In this document: positions 1-11,906 of the stretch, one piece after another | Layout: every line of letters begins with the position of its first letter | Numbering within the stretch: the stretch's first letter is position 1 | Assembly (NCBI GenBank): GCA_951804945.1 | Contig: OX638161.1 | Span: forward strand, 40,114,001 to 40,178,000 | From: Podarcis cretensis | Lineage: Eukaryota | Reading direction: 5' to 3' | Length of the DNA: 64,000 nucleotides | Made by a program: the position numbers and the translations under genes | The notes under the pieces: model-generated | What the model saw: only the letters and a program-made list of their open reading frames with translations | What the model was told of the DNA's origin: nothing | The model's database searches: none

Positions 1-2160
1 GAAACTTGGAAGGGAGGAGAGAGCTCAGAGTGTATTATGGTGTGAAAGTCAATAGGAAGGACGGCTTTGAGGGGGGAAGGGGTCAGGAAAGTGGTGAGGG
101 GGCTGGCAGGTGAATGGCGGTCTCTTAGAGGAGGGAAAATAGGGTTCGGTTTGGTGGGAGATGGAATACCAGCGGGACCAAAATGGAAGGAGAGGTGGGT
201 TCAGCGGGATTCAGGAAACCCAAATCTCAAGCAGGACAGGGTCAGGAACAAGGAATTGTTTTGGGATGGATTGCAAATAACAGTGAGGGAAGAATTAGAA
301 CTTCGCACAGGGATCAGTAACTGGGGCCTGCTTAGTTATAGCCAGCCCGCCGAGAGGGAGGTATCCAGTCCTCTCTTTAGCAAGAAGGACAGTGGATTGG
401 CCCACAGTCCACTTGGAGAAGGACTATTGTCCTGCAACCGCCATCCTGTAGCAGCTAACTTCAAGTGACCTGCTAAGTAGAATCGACTGCTGATCTGAGA
501 CTTCAGATCAAAGTTGGGGTCCACAATGCAATCTGAAAGGAGAGGTTCCATTGCAGCAATCTTCTCTCAAAGCTACCTTACCTGTTGCCCCTTCCCACCC
601 AGCCACCCCCGGTCTACAAAATAATCTGTTGCCTTGTTTTACACTCAAAACCATGCTTTAAACCACCACCAGACCCTGGGGGACAGGAGAGGGTGGGCAC
701 GAAGGGGGGTTAAAATCAGAATTTGAGGAGGCGCCTATGGAACGATAGGAGAGACTATTTGTTGGAGGAGAGGGGTTTTACATTTACACGTATCCGTTAT
801 TGAATGAAAAACCACATAACCTATATCTTTGACATGATGCTTGATAGATGTTTTCATATTTGGGGTGGGGCAAAATTTTGGATGCTGAAGAATGAAGTTT
901 GCTTTACTATTATACAATTCGGGGCAGGGTGAGGTTTTTAGGGGGGAAAGAACAAGAGGGAGATTTTATTTTGTATTTCCTTCCCCCCCCCTCCGTTTTT
1001 GAGACGTAGTTTAGTTTTTCACTTTGTGGAGCACTAAGCGTGCCTTCATATGTGGCGGCGTTGAGGAGGGAACAGGAAACATCATAGCCTGACACTTCCT
1101 ATCCCTCTGCAACACCGTCTCAGTGAAAATATAAATTTCCACCATCTTTCCTGATGGGGAGATATGGAAGCAGGTCTATTTACGCCAGGAGAACCAATTT
1201 CAATCATGCCATCATTCCAAAAAACAAATCGCAGCTCATTGTTTTCCATATAGCGCTCGTAACATAATGTTGAGCAAAAATGGGTAAGCACTTTTATTCA
1301 CTAGATTTGCTTATTTTGTAACTAATTGGTTCCTGTTCATTTTTCTGCTCGGTTCTGCATTATTTGTGCCTGCTAATTAAAATTATTATATTAAAAACAG
1401 GAAAGGGTGGGGTCTTCCTGAGTCTGGGACCAATCAAATCCTTTCATAAGATTCAGAATTTTGTTTTGGTTTTTGTGTGTGGGGGGTGGGGAGTTCCAAG
1501 AAATATTACAAATCCTATTATCAGTTTGTATAAAGAAATGGTGGGTGGGGTGGGGCGGGAGAAGGTCAAATTATAAACTGCTACAGATTTTTGTATCAAC
1601 GCATGAATCGAGTAAATAAACTCAGATGCATGAAGGCCGTGTCTGTCCCTGTTTCCTGCAAAGCTTTTGTGTCTGTGCCAATTCTCTACCCAACAAGAAA
1701 ACTCACAAGGAAAACCGAATTTAATTCAGGGTGGTCCAACACGTAGCCCTCAGTGTATTTTCTGGTGGCCCTCTGCAACATTTGCACACACACACACACA
1801 CCCTGCCACAAGCCCTTGCATTGCCTTCCGAAAGCCAGGTAAGGAGGCACGAGACTCTGGCAGCACCCTAGAGCCTCCTGCCTCCTTCCCAAAGACTCAA
1901 ACTGCCCACATAATCAAGATTGTGCAGTTTGATCAACCTCATCCGTGAGATTAGGATCCAGGACCAAATCTAAGCATACAGAGCACTGTGAGCACTTGAC
2001 CATGTTGACTTTCTCAACCCTTTCAGAATGCAGTTAAATTCAGAGCTGGGAACTGTGGCTGAGCAACCCGCCCCCAACAAACCAGTTATTCTTCAAGATC
2101 CTTATATCAAACCTCCCACCAAATTAAAAACACACACAATCAGATGGTTACACAGTTGTC

Positions 2161-2166
2161 TTTATT
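2161..2166 (-). terminator. Probable CDIPT polyadenylation signal (3'UTR about 1.95 kb)
   Basis: Minus-strand AATAAA followed about 25 nt later by GU/U-rich TGTGTGTGTTTTT. Confidence 0.6.
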
Positions 2167-4108
2167 ACAGCAACTCCCACTCCGTTGAGAGAGGGGGTGT
2201 CTTATTGCACCAAGTCTTAATTTTTAAAAACCTACATACAAATTACACACCACTGGGGGTTGTGAGGGTGTGGCAGTGACGCTGCGAAGGAGAGGAGAGG
2301 ACATGGCAAGGTAACAACTGCTCCCCATACGGCAGGAGACAGCGCGCGACAATCCACAGAAGCAATAATTACCCTCAGCACCTGTGCGTCCCTCTGCCCC
2401 CACCGCACCATTTGGATGAAGGAAGTTTCTAGCAAATAATAATCTAGTTTGGCTCAATATATGAAGACATGGGGCAGGTTTCCCGAAGTTGGTCTGCTCC
2501 AATACAGCTGCCAAGTCCTTAGTGCCACTTCAGGTCCTTAATGTGGTTTTTCTAAGATGGCCGCCAAATCCCATCTCCACAGTCCCCTTCATCAGTCACC
2601 TCTATCTCCTCTTGTCAAAAGAAGAACTGGCTTTTGTGGGGAGCTGAGAGAAGGAAGCTTTAAAGTGGATATCGGGAACCTTTAGCCCTCTAGATGATGC
2701 TGAACTACAACTCTCATAATCCCAGGCCATGCTTGCTGGAGCTGATGGGAGTTGCAGTTCAGCAACATCTGGAGGGCCAAAGGCCCTACTTAGTCTTAGG
2801 AGTGGCTAGGATGGCTACCATGTCACTGTAAACCTAGCCATCACTGATAACAACAACAACAAAAATCACATGGAGGAAAACAGAACTGTGGTGTGATATG
2901 GCAACTTATGTTCATGCACAAATGATTGAGGAAAGGGAAAAGAGGAAGACAGGTGTGCAAGGACAGGACCCAGAATATCTCAGGGAACTACCAAGAACTC
3001 AGAAATAGGGGGAGAAACCCACAAATAATTGCCCTGCCTTCAGAGGAAGAAAGGACAGAGAAGCCAGACTGGGCAAGATGGCTGCTAAACTGCCCAATGT
3101 TTACCTCACATTCGAATTCTACTGCACTCTTTCAAAATTGCACATGCATGATTGAGGGGGAAAGAACAGCCAATCTCAACTATGGTCAGTCCGAAATTGC
3201 GTGCAAAGAAGGTGGGGAAAGTTGTGTGAAGAAACAGCGGGCCAAGGTAATGTTCAATAGCAATGCTACAAAATGGCTCCTCTATGCCCTGTGCTCCTCC
3301 AGGGTATTTAGAAGCCTACAGCTCCATGTAGCAAAAACAGCCAACAACAGCAGAAAAAGGAATGCAGATGCTCTCACAATGACAGAAAAGAGAATCTGGG
3401 AGCAGGATCCAAATGGCTGTTTACGGCCAAGCATGTCTAAGCAACATGGACCATCGGCTAAAAGTAGATGCAGAAATTTACAGCCAGAGATAATCTTAAA
3501 ATGGATAATACTGCACACAGACCTCAAGCCTCAATGGGGCTTCTTTCCCAAGAACCTAGGATAGTCATTTTCAAATGTATAATCCAAATAAAATGGCCAC
3601 CAACTGGCCAATTCATTCACTGCCCAGGCCTAGATATACTTGGGAATTTGGAGAATGATATGGCCTCCTAACTCAAGAGCAATACTTCCACGCACTTTTG
3701 GGAAACGAAAAGGTACTTCTTTTGTGGCTGAATTTTGTCCTGCCCCACCCAAATATACAGCAAGTTTTGAAGCACAGAACCAAAAAGCTGGAAACGAAGG
3801 TCTATTTAGCTGCCCTCAAAATGGCCGATCCAATCCCTCCTTTTCAGCCCACAGGCGAAGTCAATATTCCGCCCTACCAGCCAATCTTCTCCTAAGTGCA
3901 AAGCATCATGGGAATGCAGGAGGGAGCCGGGAGGAGCAGGACGTATTCCCATCATCCTATACATTCGTGGGAAGGTGGGGTCATCGCATCAAGCAAGAGC
4001 TGTGAAAGTGGAGTGGCTAACCCTGTCACGGCGAGGGATGGTAAGCTGGTCCCACTGCAAGCGTGAAAGGGAGTGATGCTCCTGCCCCTCCGCTGGGGTC
4101 GTTTGACG

Positions 4109-4260
4109 CTACTTCCTCTTTGCGCGTTCCGCGACATCCAGAGCAGCCATATTGCACGAGGCGCAGATCAGGTGGACCAGGCTGATGAGGCTCTTGGTGA
4201 TGGCGATGGGGGCAGAAACCCACAGGACTAGGCGGTAGAGACCAGCCTGTCCGGGCAGGA
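4109..4260 (-). CDS. CDIPT: CDIPT coding exon 6 (LPGQAGLYRLVLW...AERAKRK*)
   Basis: tttttccag acceptor; TAG at 4111-4109. Confidence 0.95.
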
Positions 4261-7200
4261 CTGGAAAAATAAAAAAGGGGTGGGGGTAAGGAAGGAGTCC
4301 TTTGAAATCCCCTTTGACCCCTAGGCATCGTCCCTCTGGCTTAGGATACTCACTTTCTGGTCCTTCCCCAAAACACAGCAAATAGAGCATGCAGTAGAAG
4401 AGCTCATTCCCAGCGCACATGATGAAGAGAACAGTCTGGAAGGAGGAAGAGGAGGAGAAACCATGTCAAACCAGGCCAGAGAAAAAAGAGCAAAGAGAAG
4501 CTACCTGAGTTGTCCCCTGCACACATAAGAATGTCAGCTCTGTTTGGCTGCTAGCTTATTCAAAAACGTATGCAGACTGCAATCACCACTAAATTAGCTT
4601 ACAAGCATGCAGTACAGCATCATGTACGTACTGTATTTTTTGCTCTATAAGACTCACTTTTTCCCTCCTAAAAAGTAAGGGGGATGTGTGCATCTTATGG
4701 AGTGAATGCAGGCTGCGCAGCTATCCCAGAAGCCAGAACAGCAAGACGGATTGCTGCTTTCACTGCGCAGCGATCCCTCTTGCTGTTCTGGCTTCTGAGA
4801 TTCAGAATATTTTTTTTCTTGTTTTCCTCCTCCAAAAACTAGGTGCGTCTTGTGGTCTGGTGCATCTTATAGAGCGAAAAATACGGTAAGTACCACTGGT
4901 ACTACTAATACTACAATCCAAGAGGGCATAGCTGTCAACTTTTCCCTTTTCTTGCAAGGAATCCTATTCGGAATAAGGGAATTTCCCTTAAAAAAAGGGA
5001 AACTATGTCAAGAGGGAAACAAAGTTAATATAAGTAGCAGGCACATTATCCCAGTGGTTGGATACTCTCAACACTTTGCAGAAAAGGGCAGCCTTGGCCT
5101 GCCGTCTGATGACCAACAATGAAGGAGTCAGGTGGGTTCTCTAGGAAGAGAGCTCTATTGCTTTGATGCCATCATAGAGAAGTCCCTGATCCCTCGGGGC
5201 AGGGACCCTGAGGGAGATCTTAAGATACAGACAGCTTCATATGGGAAGCTGGACTTGGAGGTGCATGACAACTACTGCCCAGCTGCAAATATCCCCTTTC
5301 TGGGCATATTTCAAGGTGCTCAGGAGAGGGATGATCATGCAGCTCCAGATGTTTCAGGAGGAAATGGATTATCTAGACATCTTCCAGCTTGGTTTCAGGC
5401 CTTGTTTGGGGAATGAAGCTGCGTTTGGTCAACTTCTGTTGTTTTTCCAGCTACAGCCATTTCTGGGTAGAGATAGCCTGGCTACAGCAACACTAATAAC
5501 CTTCTGACTGGATTACTGCAATGCACTCTATGTGGGGCTGCTGTTGAAGACTACTCAGAAACAACTTTGATTTTGTTTTGGCACTAGCTTAAGACCTGGT
5601 TAATTTGCTCAGGCATTCTGGAATTGTTATCCTTATCAACTTAATAGTGTAGCTACTGGCCCCTGTGTTTTAAGTTTATTTACTGTCTTTATCCACTTTT
5701 GATTTGCAACTGGGATTGCTTTAATGATCTGCATATCCCATCCTGAGATCATTTGATATAAAGTGCATTACAAACAATCCTGGAACCAGATGACTTAGGG
5801 CTTTAAAAGATCCAAAAGAGCCCTTTAAAAAAATCAGGCCTTGAAACTGACTGGAAGCCAATGGAGACGCTGCAGAAGTGAAATATGAAACACTCTCCCA
5901 AACACTTTCCAAACTTTTAAAATATGATACAACAGCCACAAACCCTCTTCGAGCAGACAGCTAAATCTGCAGGCGACCGAGTGGAAATTAAATCCCCCAT
6001 AGTTCATTGCGTACTGCGGTATATTTTTTAATGACAATGAATGGACCCTCCCTTTCTGTTCATACTTTTCAAGAAGGCTTCCAAATACAAGATTTGGAGT
6101 GGAGAGTGGGGCAGAACTAGGAGAGAGGGAGGGATCTCCCAATATTGAGAGACTCTCTGATGGTGGAGGGGAATGAATGGGGCAGTATTTTGCCTTTGAG
6201 GAAATGGGATAGCAAGCGATATTTCTATTTTGATTCCAAGGGGAAAGGGCCCGTAGGAAGCAGTGGAAATAGAAAATTATTCAATTACACCAGCCTTGCA
6301 CCAACAATTCTGATTTCTTTTGCCTTTACTGAAAGATCTGGGTGGGGTTTCACACTACGGCCCCCCCACACCAATCTTCTTGCTTTATTTGTTTTGTCAT
6401 TTGTTCAATAAAGCTTTTGAACATACTTTTTTTTTTAAGGGATGGAAGCCTGGAGAAATGTAGTAGGAACAGTTCAGAGAGAGGGAGAGGGAGTTCAGAG
6501 CGAGGGAGCAGGAGAGAGAGACAGTTCAGAGAGAAGGAGAGAGAGTTCAGAGAGAGGGAGAGTTCTAAATAAATTATCACTCACCCGGGAGCTGTAATAC
6601 ACCCGCAGGATTGGATTCCCTGACAAGTCGATGGTCTTGTGGCTCTCCCCACCTTTTACCACGGTGCTGGTGGGAGCAGAGAAGGTAGTTAAAATGGGAG
6701 CCAGGAGTGCTCAGCCCCTCTTCCCTTCCACGCCTCTCTATCCCAGCAGGGGAGGCACCATAGCTGAGCGGCAGAGGATCTGGGTTGTTTGCAAAAGACC
6801 CCAGGTTTGGTCTCCGGCACCTCCAGTTAAAAGGAATAGGCAGATGGGTGATACGAAAGGCTCCCTTTCAGCCCGAGACCCTGCCGCGAGTCACAGCAGG
6901 CGAGGCTGAGCCAGACCTGGACATCATTGTCCAATATTGTACAAGGCAACTTCTGATGCCGCCATCGAGGGCAGAGTCCCTCCTTTCCCCAGCTGGTACC
7001 TGTGGAGATGGAGCCAGTGGGAGGCGACGTCAAGGCTCATGCTGAGTTGGAACCAAAGGGCAGATTCAGGGTAGAGCATAGCAAGGTTCACCAGCAGGCA
7101 CATGGTGGCGCAGCGGTCTGTCAGCATGTCCAGCATGGCGCCAAAGCGGGTGCCTGGGAAGAACAGCGCACATTAGAAAGGCAAGGGCACTGTAAACCAA

Positions 7201-9756
7201 TGGGGAGGAAGCTATGCATACAGTAGAGACTGCAGCCACACGTCACCCGCAACCCATCAAAATTTTAAGGCATATATTCCCTGTTTAGGGAAGTTTTTAA
7301 TATTTAATGCTGTATTGTTTTTAACACTTGATTGGAAGCCGCCCAGAGTGGCTGGGGAAACTCAGCCAGATGGGCGGGGTATAAATAATAAATTAATTAT
7401 TATTATTATTATTATTATTATTATAATATTGTGGCTTGCTATGTGCTTGACAAGTTTTTGCTGCCCCGGGCAGGTGACGGGCACAGGTGGCTGTGCTTCT
7501 GCTGGGAGGCCAAGAGTTCTGTGGTCCAGGCAGGCACACTTGAAAACAACAGGTTTCAGTGTGCAGCTTACACAGACGGAAAGTAACGAGAGCCTTGTGA
7601 AACCTTCCCATCTCAGCAAGAAAAACTCAGTCTATTTGGACACGCTTCCTTTTGGCTACAGTCGTGGATCTGGAGGGTTTTACCCAGAGCCAGGCATTAT
7701 TCCTGTCGATTTCTGGAAGGGAGGGTGAGGCAAAGAGTAGCACTGCGTTGCAAGAGGAAGTGGGGTGGGGAACATTGCACAAAGGAGCCTCCTTCTTTGT
7801 GGCTGCTGCTGGCAGGGGAGGTTCAGGCAGGCAGTGCCTTGTTGCAGCAGCAGCAGCAAAGTACAGATCTGAGGACGGGTGAGACTGAGTGATAGCTCCT
7901 TGCCTGCTGCCACCCAGTGAGCTCAAACCTGAACCAAGCTTTGAGGCAGGGACCTTGTAGCTCATACTCTTAAGCAACACGGCAACCTCAGTCGTCTTCT
8001 GAGGACGGAATGCAGCTCAGCAGTGGGAGACATGCTGCCCACACAGGAGGCCTCAGGCGCATCCTCCAGCATCTTCACCTAATAAGGGGACATTTAGCCA
8101 GGCTTCTGCCTGAGACTATAGAGAGCTGCTGCCACCATTCAAAGCAGACAGGACTGAAATAGATGGACCAGTGATCTAACTCTGTGTGGGACAGCTTCAT
8201 CTCCTCATATATGTGCTCCTTGACTCTCTCTCTTTTTCTTCAAACTGACTGCATTACACCACAACAAATTGTTACATACCATACAGAATGCATACATGCC
8301 ATGCATTTAAAAGCACCCCAAAAGAATCCTGGGAACTATAGTTTGCCGCTCACAAAGCCATGTGCTTTCAGTGCATGGCTTGTATGAGCCACCCTGTAGC
8401 CCTCTCTGCCTTGAGGCGAACAAGCCTTACCTTGGTCCAGGGCCCGAGCCGCATAGCCATCGAAGGCATCAAGGAAACCACTTAGGAGGTAAAAGAAGGA
8501 TGCTATTATGTGGGAGGTTGGCATAAAATAGAATGCGATAAAAGCGAAGATTATGCGGGCATAACCTGCAAAGGACAAGGAAGCAAAATGAGACTTTGTC
8601 CTGGAATCTTTTAACCCCCAAGCCCTGCAGCCCTCAGAAAACTGGGGAAATGGGTCGTGCAAATTCTAGTTGGTTCCCCTCCTTTGCTACCCACAACCCC
8701 ACCTCCCCAGATATCTAGGCAAGAGTCAAAGATCAGTAACATTTCCTTCAGGAGTGTTGAAGAGGAGAAACAAACTCCCTATTTTAGAAACACCCTTTTC
8801 CTCTTTTGTTTTTGGCACTGAAAGCTACAATCAACTGTAAGAAATGAAAGGGTCCAGACTGAGCCTACAAGAGACAGGTGAGTCACTTGCCTGCCTGTCA
8901 CATCTGATCTGGAGGAGACAGTCCAGATGCTGATGCTGCTGCTGCCTTCAGCTGCAGATTAACACTTGTGAAAATAACAGGGCAGGAAATAGACGGGAGT
9001 GTTGAAGCAGAAGGCCCGGAGGCAAGGCAAAGGAGGCGGGGAAGGGGCCGGAGCACGAGGCACTTCTCAGCTTTTACCAAGCGAGATCAGACCAAAGGTC
9101 GATCTAGTCCGGCATCGGCACCCGGTTTTCCAGGCTGCATTCGGGAAGTCTGTAAACGAAGCATGAAGGCAAGGAGCCTTCACCCACCTGTGTCTGTCTC
9201 CCAGCACCGGGATTTGGAGCTCTTACTGCTTCTGAACATCTCGAGAGGCCCAGAACTAGGTCAGGTCTCCTGGGCCAGGCCTGTCCTCCCTGGAAGAGCA
9301 TCACAGCAGCCCACCCTAAGCACGTTTACACAGAAGCGACTCCCCCAGTGCAGTTCAGCTGGGTTGATGAGGCTCTTCCCGGGGCTCATGGATTACACCA
9401 TTAGCCACAGCAGGGCTGCCTCATCGAGATTAATGGGCGTGACTAACGAGGCCCCCATTCATTCCAGCCGGTCTACTCATTCAGGATGCGAACACACACA
9501 CACACCATCCATTTAAAGCATCCTTAAAGCACATATGAATCCTGGGAACGGTGGTTTGCAAGGGCTAAAAAGTCCGTGCCGGGTAAACTACACTTCCCAG
9601 CATTTCGGGGAGGCTTTTAAGTGCGCTTTTAAGTGGATGGGGCGCGCGCAGCCCGACGTGTTTCAGGATCGCAGCCTCCTCCTCTCCCGCGCCCGGCACC
9701 CCGGGGAACGTACCGATGAGGTTGGGGACGAAGAGGAAGATGTTTTCTTGCTTCAT
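4109..9756 (-). CDS. CDIPT: CDP-diacylglycerol--inositol 3-phosphatidyltransferase (PI synthase), 6 coding exons, 648 nt / 215 aa
   Basis: Exons 9714-9756, 8431-8565, 7000-7153, 6585-6666, 4354-4435 and 4109-4260 join in frame with GT-AG introns. The protein MKQENIFLFVPNLIGYARII...DAFDGYAARALDQGTRFGAMLDMLTDRC...AERAKRK contains the CDP-alcohol phosphotransferase motif. Confidence 0.97.
4354..4435 (-). CDS. CDIPT: CDIPT coding exon 5 (TVLFIMCAGNELFYCMLYLLCFGEGPE)
   Basis: ttccag acceptor, A|GTGAGT donor; 82 nt. Confidence 0.95.
4631..4886. mobile_element. Non-autonomous Tc1/mariner-type DNA element
   Basis: About 27-bp TIRs C(T/C)GTATTTTT(T/C)GCTCTATAAGA, TA on both flanks, internal inverted repeat. 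Confidence 0.8.
5330..6000. mobile_element. Degenerate L2-type LINE fragments
   Basis: RT-like DYLDIFQLGFRPCLGNEAA, 'ctggattactgcaatgcactctatgtggggctg', and a minus-strand LQRLHWLPV segment. Confidence 0.6.
6471..6566. repeat. Purine-rich minisatellite (AGTTCAGAGAGAGGGAG-like, about 5 units)
   Basis: Five AGTTC-anchored units visible. Confidence 0.75.
6585..6666 (-). CDS. CDIPT: CDIPT coding exon 4 (TVVKGGESHKTIDLSGNPILRVYYSSR)
   Basis: ccag acceptor, CGG|GTGAGT donor; 82 nt; absent from the ORF track, translated by hand. Confidence 0.95.
6750..6958 (+). mobile_element. tRNA-derived SINE (related copies near 8005-8210, 31700-31910, 42340-42510)
   Basis: A-box-like CATAGCTGAGCGGCAGAG head, B-box-like segment, shared body. 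Confidence 0.6.
7000..7153 (-). CDS. CDIPT: CDIPT coding exon 3 (TRFGAMLDMLTDRC...HWLHLHS)
   Basis: ttcccag acceptor, AG|GTACCA donor; 154 nt. Confidence 0.96.
7278..7425 (+). mobile_element. 3' end of an L2-type LINE with (ATT)n tail
   Basis: gccgcccagagtggctgggg...gggcggggtataaataataa + ATT repeat; same end at 39650-39963. Confidence 0.7.
8431..8565 (-). CDS. CDIPT: CDIPT coding exon 2 (YARIIFAF...AARALDQG)
   Basis: ttgcag acceptor, G|GTAAGG donor; 135 nt. Confidence 0.96.
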
Positions 9757-10345
9757 CTCGCGGCCAGCTGTTGCTCCGGCGGCGGAACCTCCTTGCAAAC
9801 CCCGCTCCAGCCCCGATGCAACGCTCGGACCACGCAGCGCCCACCCGCTGCAGGAGCCCCTCGTACTCCGCTCTTTCTCTTCCTCACGATGGACTCGGAG
9901 ACTCCCGCTCCCCGCTTTCTGCCTTCCTGCTTTGGCCCAATGCACGCAGCTTCCCCCGGTTTCCGCAACCTTCAGCTACTCTGTTCAGGTTCGGAAAGGA
10001 AAATGTCTGCCTGTCTCTTTAAAAACTGCGCTCCCGCCCCTTCCCCGGGGAAGAGGGACATTTCGGAACGCCAATGGTTTCGTCTCCGTACGCTCCCCTG
10101 CCGGCTTTCGTTTTGGTGTAGCCCCACCAACAAGAAGCCGGGCTAGAAGGACCACTTCTCCTCGTCTTCTTCCTGTGATTTATGGTTACTCCGCTCCTAG
10201 AGCGTTCGGAGGACCGAGGCTTCAGAAAAGCTCCATTTAGTAGAGAGAGTCGGGCGAACAGCCGCCGACATGGAGGTTGGCTTTGGAGCGCTTCCGGCTT
10301 CCCCTGGGGCGGCTCCTTCGCACCCTCCTGTTTTCTTATTGGCCA
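9560..10345 (-). promoter_or_regulatory. CDIPT CpG-island promoter / 5'UTR
   Basis: CpG-dense region with several ETS-type TTCCG/CGGAA cores and CCAAT boxes (10071, 10338). Confidence 0.75.
9714..9756 (-). CDS. CDIPT: CDIPT coding exon 1 (MKQENIFLFVPNLIG)
   Basis: ATG at 9756; donor G|GTACGT; 43 nt. Confidence 0.95.
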
Positions 10346-10902
10346 GTCAGAAAGTATGGAAAGGGAACTGTTATTTCCCCACGCTAAAAGACTCGCCAGA
10401 TCCAGTGCTTTTGTATAGTCTTGAGAGTAAGAATTGCTGTGCAAAAGTCTTTAGCAAGAAAGTGGCCGCCTTTAAGAATATATCTTGCAATTGAAAGCAT
10501 AACTTTTACCTCGAGAGATCATATTTTTTTCCTGTTTTGACAACAAACAAACGTGTTTTTTAATGAGTGGTATTTCTTAACGGGAATATGAAATAAATTT
10601 CGAAAACATGACTTGAATCGGTGGTCTTTCTAATCATTTCTTCTTTGGTTGATAAGTTTTATTTACAAGCTGCTGGGCGACTGAAGATGCCACATGAAGG
10701 GATAAAGAATCTTCAGATAAAATATGTCTGATTTTCAAATTCCATAGTTTTTGCTTTAATGGAGTTAATAGTGGCTACTGGCACGCTTTGGTATTGTTAC
10801 AGATTATGGCTAGGCACCTAGTATTTATATCAGTGTGCTGACCTTTCACCAGGGCTATGTATAAATTTAACAGTAAATTGCCTGTTAATGGCGCCACGTA
10901 TA

Positions 10903-11144
10903 CAGTGGTACCTCAGTTTTCGAACATAATCCGTTCCGGAAGACCATTCGAGTTCTGAAATGTTCGAAAACAAAAAAATCAATAGTCGACAGCTAGGCCT
11001 CAGGATCTTTCACTCAGTGGAAGCCGTGTGGCATGTTCAACTTCCGAGGCATATTCGAAAACCGAAGCATTTATTTGCAGGTTTACGGTGTTCAAAAACT
11101 GAAATGCTCGTCAACAGAGAAGTTCGAAAACAGAGGTACCACTG
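10903..11144. mobile_element. Tigger/mariner-like MITE
   Basis: TIR CAGTGGTACCTC...GAGGTACCACTG, TA at the left flank. Confidence 0.8.
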
Positions 11145-11722
11145 TGTGTGTGTATAAATCAAAATCACAAGCATGGGTCCAGCTGGGATTTGAACTCAAG
11201 ACTCCTTGGCCAAGTCCAGCACTCAGTCCATTACACCACACCACCTCTTGCTTGCTAATCTGTGAACAGATATGCAGGCTGTACAGTATATGAATTCACT
11301 CATGTATATGCACCGGTCAGGGTTTTCACTTGTTTGTTCATTTGCATTTTATTTAAATATATTTTGGAAGAGGTGGCAGTGCCAGCTGCTTTGAGTGGTT
11401 CTTCAATCCCTTCATGGACAGAACCTGATGTTTACCCAGAATGCATCTTATGGCAATTAACCCAACATGCTTTGCAGCTTTCCCCCCCTTCCCAATTCTG
11501 CTTGCTGTGATTATTGCAAGGATAGCCAACCTGGTGCCCTTCAGATTATAACTCCCAACAGCCGCAGCCAGCATGGCCAATGGCCAGGGATGGTGGGAAC
11601 CATAGCTGACCAACATCGGGAGGGTGCCATTTTGGCTCTCTCCGATGGAATGGGCGAGAGATGCATTGTCCTTTCCCCCTCCAGATCCTGGAGGGAAATG
11701 GGAGAGGGGTTCAAGCGGAGTG

Positions 11723-11728
11723 TTTATT
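11723..11728 (-). terminator. Polyadenylation signal of the uncharacterised gene
   Basis: AATAAA on the minus strand, 40 nt after the TGA at 11769. Confidence 0.55.
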
Positions 11729-11768
11729 ATTCTCTCTTGTGAATACAGTGGGTCTGGAGCCAGGTTGA

Positions 11769-11906
11769 TCAGGTGTCCTCAGACAAAGCCTCTGGCTGGT
11801 CGGTGTCGCTGTCCAAATTCTCTGGCTGAGGCGGATCCTTGCGCCGAGACACTTTGCTCAGGAACTTGCCTGGCCCACCCTGGCGGGACGGGCAGCAGAT
11901 CAGGGG
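11769..11906 (-). CDS. Uncharacterised gene, terminal coding exon (PLICCPSRQGG...ALSEDT*, or alternative frame ending 11779)
   Basis: Acceptor ttttcttccttccctgcactacag; AATAAA at 11728-11723. Confidence 0.68.
   Translation of the reverse strand, partial: PLICCPSRQGGPGKFLSKVSRRKDPPQPENLDSDTDQPEALSEDT

Noticed and set aside
1-1400. ORFs 67-468 and 336-551, a donor near 582, and a possible LINE-like CCHC remnant near 1040-1110
   Set aside because: No recognisable domain or consistent exon chain. Probably decayed retroelement sequence, but the family cannot be supported.
2926-4005. Plus-strand ORFs of 212 and 121 aa
   Set aside because: Antisense to the CDIPT 3'UTR, non-ATG starts, no recognisable motifs
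8968-10444. Several overlapping 120-200 aa ORFs
   Set aside because: Stop-poor, GC-rich CpG island and intron 1 of CDIPT; only the 43-nt exon is supported
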